This document shows positions 47,205 to 57,479 of a stretch of 64,000 nucleotides of DNA, piece after piece (positions within the stretch are counted from its first letter, which is position 1; the number at the start of each line of letters is the position of its first letter). The position numbers and the translations under genes were made by a program. The stretch comes from Epithemia pelagica. Taxonomy: Eukaryota; Protista; Bacillariophyta. The notes under the pieces were generated by a model, which did no database searches, was not told the DNA's origin, and worked only from the letters and a program-made list of their open reading frames with translations. The stretch is taken from positions 2,046,001 to 2,110,000 of the forward strand of contig OX337242.1 in NCBI GenBank assembly GCA_946965045.2. Reading direction: 5' to 3'.

Positions 47205-47521
47205 CGTCATTCGCAAAATGGATGGGATGCTTTGTGCTTTATCGATGTAGTTCGTCGACAGGAGTTACAAGGAATATGATTCGTAATCCAATCGCTCTGT
47301 TCCTTGTCAAAATGGCCTTGTGCATGGATGCATTGGGAGATACGAAATGCACTTTTCTACACCCTCGTGGTGAAAACACGATACGAAAGAAAAAGAATCC
47401 ACCTCTGTCACTAATATTACGTCTTGTCTGTCTAGAAGCAAATCTTTTCTACTAACGAAGAAAGTTCACCGTGTTTGGAAATTTACCTGTAACTTCTCGT
47501 GTGAGTTCCCCGTTGGCCATG

Positions 47522-48911
47522 TTAAATTTCGGTTCGGGTAGTGGGAGGCGGAGCGGTCTCGGGGTGTTGATCCATTTGTATCCAGGTTGCAGAGGTCCCA
47601 TCGGGTTTGCCGCCCTCGGCTTGTTGTTCCTTCCACAAGGTGACCGTCGAATCACCGGACGACACGGCCAAGACGAGTCCCGTGGTGGACCAACTGACAC
47701 GCCACACGGGTTCGTCAAATTGATGAACCAACGTGGCCTTCCAGGCCGTATTTTCCATCAAGGTCCAAACCAAGACTTTGCCGTCTTCCCCACAACTGGC
47801 CACGCGATTGTAATTGGGAATCAAGGGGGACGGTGCCCAGGCGACATCTCGTACCCAATCACTGTGCGACAAACCATCGGAAGAACACTGAGGCACAGTG
47901 TCTTGTGTCCATTCACCCGAAGACGAGCTAGTACCACTTCCAGGCATGGTATCGGTGCGCTGCCAAAATCGAATGCCATTGTCACAACCCGCCGTCACCA
48001 ACGACAAGACGCAGGGCGAGGATTGTTGCGGTTCCGCAGTGTCCGATTGTTGTTGTTGAAGTTGCGAGTAATAGGCGTTGCTTGGTGCCCAACTTACGGC
48101 ATTGACTCCCATGGGACAATCGGCAAGGTAATCAACCGTCCACATTTGATTGGCGGGGTTGTGCTCCAACACTGACACACGGCCATCGGAAGAGGCGGCT
48201 GCCAAAATCATGTTGCCGTATTCCTCTGGACCAAACGTCACTCCATTGACGGACGAGTCATGCAATTGCCGAGCAGCGTGAATGACGGTCCATTCACGCG
48301 GACGGCTTTCTCGAAAGATCCAGACACTGCCATCAAAAGAACAAGATGCCAATAAAACACCAAACTTGGGATGAGCCCAAGACACTTGCCATACTGGTCC
48401 TTCCTGTCCCTGCAAGGTTGCCGCCAATTCGTACGAACCACCCGAGCCATCATTGGAAGCGGATGACACATTGAAAATCTTGATTGTTCGGTCTGTGCAT
48501 GTAGCATACGCAGCAGTGAAAGCATAGTGTTAGTTATGACTGTATCGCAAAAATAATGGAAGCAGTGAAGATACCTCAGAATATATCTTGAGATAGCATA
48601 AAAAAGGAGTAATCTCGAGAGTGCTCCATGTCTCCAACCACGACAACACTCTGGTGTAGCAAAGTCAACTACTGTAACGAGAATAATGTCTCTCACGTAC
48701 CAGAACTGCAAGTGGCCAATTTGGAACCATAAAAATCCATTTGAAGATCGTGCACAATGTCGGCATGTTGTGTCTCAATGGCAAAGGACGAGTTGCTTGC
48801 GGTTGCGGCATCATTATTTGTTGTGGACGACGATGCTGGCGGGCCAGAAGAAAACGCGTCCGAGGAACCAGTAGGTGCCGTCGCTGCTGCGGGTGGTGGT
48901 GCTGCCAACAT
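47522..48911 (-). CDS. SEC13: Sec13 WD40 protein (COPII/nuclear pore), 393 aa
   Basis: Exons 48911-48701 and 48492-47522 splice to [58 protein letters not shown]. Confidence 0.95.
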
Positions 48912-49030
48912 GGTCGATTCGTATACTCGTAACCTGAGGCTAGGATTACACTTTTTGGTCTTTGGCGTTTTTGCTGGTTCAATTGGAGCGGACCTAATGG
49001 CTTTGGCGGCGACTTGAACGAAGGTCGATC

Positions 49031-49046
49031 GTTAGGGTTAGGGTTA
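49031..49046 (+). repeat. Interstitial telomere-like motif GTTAGGGTTAGGGTTA upstream of SEC13
   Basis: Read directly; TCGATC on both sides. Confidence 0.5.
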
Positions 49047-49315
49047 TCGATCCGTAAACTATGCTTCGTGACTTGACAAAAAAGACGTAGCTACACCTCT
49101 TGCTGCTCTTGGTAGTCTGGTGACCTTCCGACTTACTCCCATGATCTACTAGGTGGACTTTTGAATGCATTTGGAATTACATAGTGAAATGGAGAGTATT
49201 TAGAATGATTACTTTTGTCGACTCGACATGGACTTGGAAAGGACGTGACTTAGAAATACTTCGGTACAAACTGTTGAAAGGATTGTGAGGACATAAGGAT
49301 TAAGGATCCTCGGAT

Positions 49316-50293
49316 TCACACTGACGGATTTAGAGAAGTTATGACGGTGTTCTTTCGTCCCCTGGTTTGATTTTTAAGTGCTTCCATGCGGTCATATTTG
49401 TCCAAGGTATTTGTGCCTGTTAGCTCAAAGTGACTTTTGGCCGACTTTTTATATATCTTCTCCATCTTAATCGGCGGAGTAAAAAACGGCCATGACCAAT
49501 ATTTTGTGTACTCTTCCCAAAGAAGATGATAATAAAAGGTTGCATTGTCCTCCTCCAAGACACCATAGTCTTCCGGGAATAGCTCTTGCAGCAGTGTAAA
49601 AGAAGAAAGGATCTTCGCCGGGATTGGGGAGTCACAAGACTCCCGCATCGCGTCAAACGCTGATTGATGTTTTTTTAGATCCGCTCCCTTCAAACGGGCT
49701 TCTTTATTCTTTTGCTCTTTCACTTCTTTTTGCTCTTTAGTCTCCGTATGCTCTTCCTCTTACTCAAGTTTCTGATTTTTCCTCCTGCTACTCGCATTCC
49801 AAACGCCACTCTCTTCGTTGCCCTTGGCGCGTTCAAACCATTGCCGTTCAAACGAAATACGGAGATTAATCTTCTGCAATGACTTGACTGCTGCCGCATG
49901 CATGTCTGCGCGCGATTGATAGGCTGTTTACTTGCCAATCGCGGTAACCATGGTGGCCAACGCTCCCAAAACCCCAATCCCAATGGCGATTGCACGACGC
50001 TTGCCATCTTGAATGTCCACCTCGGCTGTATCTTCGTCGGTAGACGAAGAGAGCTCTCCTGTACTGAGGAAACCAAGAATTGTCGTCACTGTAGACAACA
50101 AGGTAAGTGGAAGAAAGATTAACCAAAACGCACGGAATGCAAAGTACTGTCTGGCAAGTTTGTGCATAATTAGGGTCATTTCGAATAACCAGGAAAGTTT
50201 CTTGTACTCAATTTCTATCTTCTCAATTTTATGAAAGCTTTCCATGATCTCCACCAGAGTACCTCGACGACTTTGTGCCTTCCTTGCTTTTTT
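49316..50293 (-). pseudogene. SLATT-like two-TM domain protein with two TAA codons
   Basis: One frame: HKLARQYFAFRAFWLIFLPLTLLSTVTTILGFL...AIGIGVLGALATMVTAIGK*TAYQSRADMHAAAVKSLQKI...; TAA at 49930-49928 and 49762-49760. Confidence 0.65.
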
Positions 50294-50471
50294 CTATACA
50301 ACAACAGGCTATGGTTAGCGGTATTCTGGAATCTTTTCATTTTCGGGGTCATGGATGGTGATGATGCTTACCTGCACCGGTTTCCAAACAGAAAGACGAA
50401 CACCAATATGAATGAGAACGACACGTTAGTTGGGTTTGATATGTCGACTGTTAATGTCTTTGTCTACTGAC

Positions 50472-51384
50472 CGTTGCATATATACTGTCCACAGCTTGAT
50501 CGAACTCGCCGTTATTCGAATCTTGTGCGCACAAAATTGGGACAAACAGTAACAACACGAAAGAGACATGGGAAGAAGTGAGGATGACGTGTCTTGAGAA
50601 GATCAGTATGACAATAGAATGAACGAATCGGACACATACCATCCTGGTTGTCCACGAATCCAGACATGATATGGTTGCTTTGGGTAATGGCATCAAACAC
50701 TTGTATGTTTGTCGCAGTCTTGACAGCATTTGAAAAGGGTGTCAGAGCCGGCGATTCGAACAAGAAAGCACGGGCATTGGGATAAACCCTCTTGGCCTTG
50801 ACGCAGACATGTACAATTTGTGGTGCAATGGCGCCAATGTCGAGGGCCTCCTGACTCTCAACACTCTTTGCAAAATCGGGCACCTCTTCACAACCAACGT
50901 ATACATAGTGTTTGCCTTTTTAAAAGTAGCCTCCAACCATTTTGGTAATCAAAGGTTCCATCTTTTCAAGCGCCTTTACATTGACCGTCACGACCAAAAC
51001 TGGCCCATTCTTTTTGTCATCCAATGGACTGCAAATGGAAGGGAGCTGGCGAAGCGGCGACAAGCTGACATCAATTTTGTCGTCATTGACAAGCTGGCGA
51101 ATCTGTTCTTGGTACCAAAGCATAAAGCCACAGTCCGATGTGATTGCCGTCACATTATTCACCTTCAACTGCTCGATAGCGTCTTTGAGTGCATTATCAA
51201 TGTCGTCATTGCGGTCATTGGATCTTGCCGTTTCGTAGTAGAGCTTTTCTACCACCACCTCAGTGATGGGGTATGTGTACGATGCTGGATTCGTAACCCC
51301 ACCCACATAGAGCCTACTCTCGTTATCTAACCTGAGAATTCCTAGCCTCCTGTTTACAAGGACTGTTTCCTTTTCCTCCACCAT
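50472..51384 (-). pseudogene. Asp/Glu/hydantoin racemase-like protein with a premature TAA
   Basis: LGILRLD...NPASYTYP...AITSDCGF...YVGCEEVP...FDAIT family pattern continues through TAA 50922-50920; GTATGT donor 50639. Confidence 0.68.
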
Positions 51385-51780
51385 TGTTTGTCTCGAATTC
51401 GACCGGAAGCCGACGAAGGGCTTTGAGTTGGGTTCGAATTGCCGACTCCGCAGCTGAAACCTGGGAGCTTTGCACTAATCAAGAAAGAGTATCTTTCTAT
51501 ATATAAGTCTTCATGTTGACATGCTTCGTTGCTTCTTTATCCAGCATATAAATTCGAATGGACATCATTCCCGTCTATCCACCTTAGGTCGTGTGCTGGG
51601 TGCACTAATCCCGCAAAACGACCATGATTGGCATGGAACACCAAAAAGGGACAGGGGGCGTTATTATTTTAGGGGGTAGAAAGGCGTCTTGCGTAATCTA
51701 CTTCTACCCGAAATGGGGACACAGTTGCTACCCTGTTGCATGCTCCGCTAGCTATTTGCACCGATCACTGCTCCTAGTTA

Positions 51781-52589
51781 GGCTATCTCCACCCGAGCGC
51801 CGCTATGCTGACGTATTGGGGCTTTCTGATTGGCCTCGCTATCCGGATGGCGGATTAGCGGAGCCAAAGGGAAATAAACTCCACGATCTCCGTTAAAAGA
51901 ACGCCGCTATCTTGCGTTGCGCGTACGCATTGCGCATATGCCCTATCTTGTTTCGGTTAAAAAGGGGTGCGACCGCGGAAGTTGCGGAATTCAAACAATA
52001 CAATCAACGAGAGCACAAAGCATAAACCAAAGATGGAGGACTCGTTGTTCTCCCTCTTCATTTTTGACTGTCATGGTGAATCATGTTGTTGGTCATGGCC
52101 AATGTAGATGTAGGTTGTAGGTTGTAGGTTGCAGTCCAATCTTCCTATTCCCTGTCCGATTTCCGATTGATTGTCTGATAATTGATAATCGAACTCATCA
52201 ATAGTTTGAATGATGCATTTGTTTGATTGTTGCATTCCTTCCGATCCGTGATCCTCGAATCATCTTGCTGTGCATGTGCATGGTTCTTGTCCCATTGTAG
52301 GAAGTAGGGAACACAACAATGGAAAAAGAGATGGTAAGCGATCGTCACAATCAATACGTGCCATTGCCATGTTTTCGACACGAGAGATTCAAGTTTCACT
52401 GTTGGTAGCAGACGTTAATTTATTTATGCCGACGGTTATATTTTGCTCCGCTATTCGCTATTTTCCCCGCTATTCGGGGCCCCCAATAGTGGCAAAAATA
52501 GCGGATAGTGGAGCTGGTTAGCGGTTAGAGGAGATGGTGGAGTTCGATAGCGGTTTTGGGGCCTTTAGCGGGCCCGGGTGGAGATAGCC
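51781..52589. mobile_element. PIF/Harbinger (Tourist-like) MITE, 809 bp
   Basis: 15-bp perfect TIR GGCTATCTCCACCCG (51781-51795; 52575-52589); TTA on both flanks (51778-51780, 52590-52592); subterminal CCGCTA/TAGCGG motifs; no coding capacity. Confidence 0.85.
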
Positions 52590-53546
52590 TTAGAGACCAA
52601 AGGTCCCGTCACGAAGGTCCCTCTGATAGTTGTCCACAAAGCCAAACATTCCCTCATCCATCGCCTACGACAATGTCTTGGTTTGTCCTTGCAACAACAA
52701 AGGGGGAACGGAGAACGGAGCCCATTCACCCATGTTCACATTCCTCCCGAAAATATGAACTTCTGAACCCTTTTATCCAGTTTCTGGCAATCGATCATTT
52801 GCTGTCGTCGCATCTAGGGAGAGAAGCATCGCGGAAACTCCATAACCGAGACTCACAAAACCTCTCTATCAAAAGTTCCTCGTTTCACACACAAAGAAAC
52901 TAGGCAGCAACAAAGCTGGTCCGCCGGTGATTCTGCTTCACTGAACGCTTGGTTAATCCATAGCTACAACCAAACAGCAAGCGTCTCTACTTGGATTGTC
53001 ATGCAGCTCTTATTGATACTCCTTACTCCTACAATATGAGTAACATTGAAGATTGAAAGCTATTCTGTTAGTTGTTATACCGATCTCTATCTCTGTGGGA
53101 ACGAAACAATGTACGACTCAATCGATGCTCTATAATTCGATTGTGTACCAATATACATGTAAAAGTACAACATTGAGGTCCACACAATTTACCGTATCTC
53201 TACGGAAATCGCCAATGTCACCTTTCTCTTCCGTTGGCATTAGAATCGTTTGTGTCCTTGTCCTTCTGTTGATCTTCTTGTTCTCTAGGAGTGGCCCTTT
53301 CAACAGTGTCATTTTGGAATTTCCAACAAGGACGACGGATCTACCATCGTTGGTGAGAGTCGGATCGACCAGAACAAGAGAGGAAACCAACCGTGTCGTC
53401 GTATCGGCTGGTGATTTGGTTCTGGTGGATTGTTCCCATTTCTTGTTACCACCGCCTGCTGCTCGTCTTTTGTGAAAGTTTCAGTGTATTGGCATCATTT
53501 GTGCTGCACCCGCTGAAAACGACACAAACCAGCAACGTCTACCATC

Positions 53547-56500
53547 ATGAGCCACAATAACAACAGCAACCACCACCAAAACTTGTCGGAGGAGGAGGAC
53601 GACGACGATGGCATTCTCGTCGTGGAAGCACCCCGAAATAATACCAATACTACTACGGATCCCTTTCGATCGACGGATCCCGTCATTGAATCCTGGCGGG
53701 AACGAGAACGTCGACCTCGTACCTTTCGCATTTTGCTCTTATTTCTACTCTGCTTGTTGTTGACGGACGACGAACCACGTCCCACTACTACTACTACCAA
53801 ACACAGTTCTTCGTGGTCTGATGGACGTTCCTCCCACCTTCGACGGGGTCGACCATGGCAGTCAACGTCGTCTTCCTCCACGACCAGCAGCAGCAGCAGC
53901 AGCACCAGTTGGGGAACACGGACGACGGTCTGGTTCTCTCACGAGGTATGGGACAAGCGACAACGACAAGAAGCGCTCTTGCAAGCCTATACACGACAAC
54001 ATGCTCGATATCAAAGCTTGATGCACGACAAAAATGAGGGACGAGATGTTGCCTCGGACATTCACAACTGGTTGTCTGATTTGGTAGCCGCGGCACGACG
54101 ACAGCAACAAGCCATGAATGCCACACAATCCACTCCTGTCATTGCTCGATCGTCGTCACAATCGAATCCTTCTCTAGTCCAGAACAATAAGCCAGACCGA
54201 GACCAAGAGGGCGATGACGACGAAGAACACTTGATTTGGCATTATCCCTGGAATACCACAGGATTTTATCGAGGCCAATGGAAGCGATTGGCATGGAATG
54301 ACACACAGGATGCCACAAGTCAAAACAACGCATCACCACCACCATCCAAGGAGACGACCGAGACTCTCCCCGTTGCAAATCACTCGCTCCAAACTGTCAC
54401 AGCCCCTGAAGTGGAACCCATTCTCCTGGACTATGCCAAACAACAATCACCATCGACTGCTTCCTTTGAAGCTGGCATTTATTGGTTGCCTCCCGGTCTA
54501 GAATTGGAATTGCGCAACGATCACAATTTGACCACATTGCATTGGGATCAAATGACGGTGGATACTACTGGAGCCTTGCATGGACCTTCCTTGGGGGAAG
54601 GATCAGGACGACCACCACTCGATCCCTCGCAACCCTCGTTACGGAGTCGTCGGAAAACGACCACCATGGTGACACAAGAAATGACCGATACCACACCTCA
54701 AACCGAAGGACAACCACCACAATCCACTACCACCACCAAACAGTTGACGACATTGACGCGGTCCGATGGTCGTGCCGCCTTGCAATTGTATAGTCGAAGT
54801 ATTCCAGGTATGAAGGAACTTTCCTTGGTCGATGGCTTTGTCAAATTGTACAATGGAGCCTATGCCTCCTCACCCTTTGGTGGAAGTAGTAGTTATGCCG
54901 CCACGACATCTACCACCAAACAAGATGTCTTGATTCGAGTGCGAGGTGTGCTGTTGCATGGCATTGGACGATTGTCACTCATTTCCTCTCAGATACCAGC
55001 CTCTCGATCCGCCTTGGTCCTGGAACCATCATATGATGCAAAAGAGGACGACTCGCAACGAGCCAATCCAGCACAACAGCAACAACGTCTGTTGGTGCAA
55101 CAAGAGGTGGCCACCATCTCCACCGATGCTGCTGCAACCACACAACAATCATCGCCCACACCACAAGAACAACAACAGCAACAACAAGAACCAGTGCAAC
55201 TTCCACACAACAATAACAAAGACCCGGAAATCATGTCTGTGATGGACAACCCACAAGTCACTCCACAACAGAACCTGGATCACAAGACTGGGTCAGAACA
55301 AGCCCAAGCAGAGGATCCAATCGGCACCAACAAGGTCGGGGATCTCGTGGATGAAACTAATTTCCCCGAACAACGACGACGACGTTTGGAACAAGCCTTG
55401 CAACACCATGAGGATTGGGATCGTCAAAGTCACGTCTTGGAGCAGATCGTGGACGATGCGACAATTCTTGTGCAGCAAGAAGACAATAGGAGGAGGACCA
55501 GAACAAAATCATCGTCCTTGTGGAAGCCTTTGGTGTCCACTGCTCTTGGTGCATCAGAGAATGATGGTGAACAAGAAGAAGAAAGACGGAGACTGTCGTC
55601 ATCCATTTTGGATAGTAGTACCCAGACCAAAGACACTGAAACAAAGAAGGAAGCGTTGGAGAAAATGGAGGTTGCTCCGACGCCTGTACTTCCCGCCTGG
55701 TCGGACCATGTCATTCCATTTCCCTACGTGTACGATGACGAAGAGGAAACTCTACGACGCACACGAACTCCTGGATCTCGTCATATGCCACCACGAGAAC
55801 AGGGGTTGGAAAGCAATGCCTTGGGATGTCCGTTTCGGCTGTCGTTAGATGTTCAAGAAACACAATGGACCTTGGGTGAATATCGTACTCTCCTCAAACG
55901 GAAATGGAATGAACACAAGCTACTGGATCCACACAACCCGGTACATCAACTGGTTGCCAACAGCAGCAGCATGGATAACAGCACGTCCACCTCAACGGCA
56001 TCGGTCCTTCGTAAAACAGTCAAACTTCCCAGTGCACCGAGTGCGACAACGCCATATCGTTCGTCGAAAAAGCAATCTCGCAATCTGCAGGATCAAGCAT
56101 TGGTCGTTCACATGGTGGGGAACATTTATTCCGAGGAATGTCACTTTGCGGCATCCCTCAATGTGACGGCCTTGCGAACGGACTGGGATACCACGACCAA
56201 CCGAGCCATTAACTACAGTTTCAACATGATGTTGGTCTGTTTGGTTCAAATTGTCTTGTTATTGAGACAGTTGCTACATTCCCAAACGCAGTCCACCGCA
56301 ACCCGAGTGTCCATGATTTGCATTGGATGGCAAACCGTCTTGGATGCCCTCATTTGTTTGGGCCATATATACCTGTGCTTGGCCATGCAGCCCTTGTTTA
56401 CGGCCTTTGCCAGTGTCGCGTTTTTCAAGTGCCTGATTTTCTGCGTCATTGAAATGAAGTACATGGCCATTATCATCAATGCGCGCAATTCGGCCAATGG

Positions 56501-57479
56501 TGGACAGCCACTCGAAGTCTTGAGACGACAAGTGGCCATTTTGCATCTTCGCTTTTATTTGGCGTTGCTAGCTATTTTTCTTTTGTTGTTCAACATGACG
56601 GAAGAATATCGTCTTGTGTACATGTTGGGATTGTATTCCTTTTGGGTACCACAAATTATTTTGAATGCCATTACGGAGGCCAAGGCACCCATGCACAAGT
56701 ACTACATCTACGGGATGAGTATTACACGGTTGATCATGCCTCTGTACATGTATGGAATCCGCAACAACTTTTTGCGAGAGGTCTATCCGGAGGCACCCTA
56801 CGATCCCTACCTATGCCAGTGGTTAGTGTTGTGGGTGGCCCTTCAGACTGGAATATTGATTGGACAAGGCAAGTATGGGGCTCGGTTTTGGATTCCACCC
56901 CAATTCTTGCCACCCAAGTACGATTACAGTCGACCAATACCACCCTCTATTTTGAATCGAGCTCGCCCGACCGTGACTGCTACAACCGTCGAAGACGATG
57001 GTGCCAGTAGCACAAGCACGAGTATCAGCAGCGCGAGCAAAAAGACAACAAGTACACCCGCACGACGAACACCTCACAGTGTCCCTACCGACAGCGAGAC
57101 TACGGCGACACCCCAATCTCAATTTCATGCCACGTCGGTGACGACACGCAATCGTATGAGACGACAAAGCAACCACAATGGAGATGGTAGCAACAGTAGC
57201 AATAAACATGGTACGAATGGCCATGCCGCACCCAGTCGACAATCTTCGAGAACGACCAAGATTAGTCGAACCACCATGACGACCATGACACCTACACCAC
57301 CGACAGCCTCGTCACCCTCGGCATTGGATTGCAGTATCTGTTATGAACCCATTGATGTGGTGCGACAATCCTACATGCTGGCACCATGCGATCATTTATT
57401 TCATCGCGATTGTTTGATGCAATGGATGGATATCAAGATGGAATGCCCCATTTGTCGAACCGATTTGCCGCCTCTGTAA
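53547..57479 (+). CDS. TUL1: Transmembrane RING-H2 E3 ligase, TUL1/DSC1/FLY family, 1310 aa
   Basis: Multi-TM block (QTVLDALICLGH, AFFKCLIFCVIEMKY, YSFWVPQI, GARFWIP...YDY) and C-terminal CSIC...APCDHLFHRDCLMQWMDIKMECPICR. Confidence 0.93.
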   Translation: MSHNNNSNHHQNLSEEEDDDDGILVVEAPRNNTNTTTDPFRSTDPVIESWRERERRPRTFRILLLFLLCLLLTDDEPRPTTTTTKHSSSWSDGRSSHLRRGRPWQSTSSSSTTSSSSSSTSWGTRTTVWFSHEVWDKRQRQEALLQAYTRQHARYQSLMHDKNEGRDVASDIHNWLSDLVAAARRQQQAMNATQSTPVIARSSSQSNPSLVQNNKPDRDQEGDDDEEHLIWHYPWNTTGFYRGQWKRLAWNDTQDATSQNNASPPPSKETTETLPVANHSLQTVTAPEVEPILLDYAKQQSPSTASFEAGIYWLPPGLELELRNDHNLTTLHWDQMTVDTTGALHGPSLGEGSGRPPLDPSQPSLRSRRKTTTMVTQEMTDTTPQTEGQPPQSTTTTKQLTTLTRSDGRAALQLYSRSIPGMKELSLVDGFVKLYNGAYASSPFGGSSSYAATTSTTKQDVLIRVRGVLLHGIGRLSLISSQIPASRSALVLEPSYDAKEDDSQRANPAQQQQRLLVQQEVATISTDAAATTQQSSPTPQEQQQQQQEPVQLPHNNNKDPEIMSVMDNPQVTPQQNLDHKTGSEQAQAEDPIGTNKVGDLVDETNFPEQRRRRLEQALQHHEDWDRQSHVLEQIVDDATILVQQEDNRRRTRTKSSSLWKPLVSTALGASENDGEQEEERRRLSSSILDSSTQTKDTETKKEALEKMEVAPTPVLPAWSDHVIPFPYVYDDEEETLRRTRTPGSRHMPPREQGLESNALGCPFRLSLDVQETQWTLGEYRTLLKRKWNEHKLLDPHNPVHQLVANSSSMDNSTSTSTASVLRKTVKLPSAPSATTPYRSSKKQSRNLQDQALVVHMVGNIYSEECHFAASLNVTALRTDWDTTTNRAINYSFNMMLVCLVQIVLLLRQLLHSQTQSTATRVSMICIGWQTVLDALICLGHIYLCLAMQPLFTAFASVAFFKCLIFCVIEMKYMAIIINARNSANGGQPLEVLRRQVAILHLRFYLALLAIFLLLFNMTEEYRLVYMLGLYSFWVPQIILNAITEAKAPMHKYYIYGMSITRLIMPLYMYGIRNNFLREVYPEAPYDPYLCQWLVLWVALQTGILIGQGKYGARFWIPPQFLPPKYDYSRPIPPSILNRARPTVTATTVEDDGASSTSTSISSASKKTTSTPARRTPHSVPTDSETTATPQSQFHATSVTTRNRMRRQSNHNGDGSNSSNKHGTNGHAAPSRQSSRTTKISRTTMTTMTPTPPTASSPSALDCSICYEPIDVVRQSYMLAPCDHLFHRDCLMQWMDIKMECPICRTDLPPL

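Noticed and set aside
47471-48175. 234-aa plus ORF, and similar antisense ORFs over the channel, pol and low-complexity genes
   Set aside because: Antisense shadows of well-supported genes.
18454-51384. RIP-like hypermutation explaining the many stop codons
   Set aside because: The 16 differences between ankyrin copies include 3 transversions and several CpG transitions, with no CpA dominance; nonsense changes at CAA, CGA and TGG are expected anyway.
53130-53475. Short ORFs upstream of TUL1
   Set aside because: No convincing start, splice model or motif.
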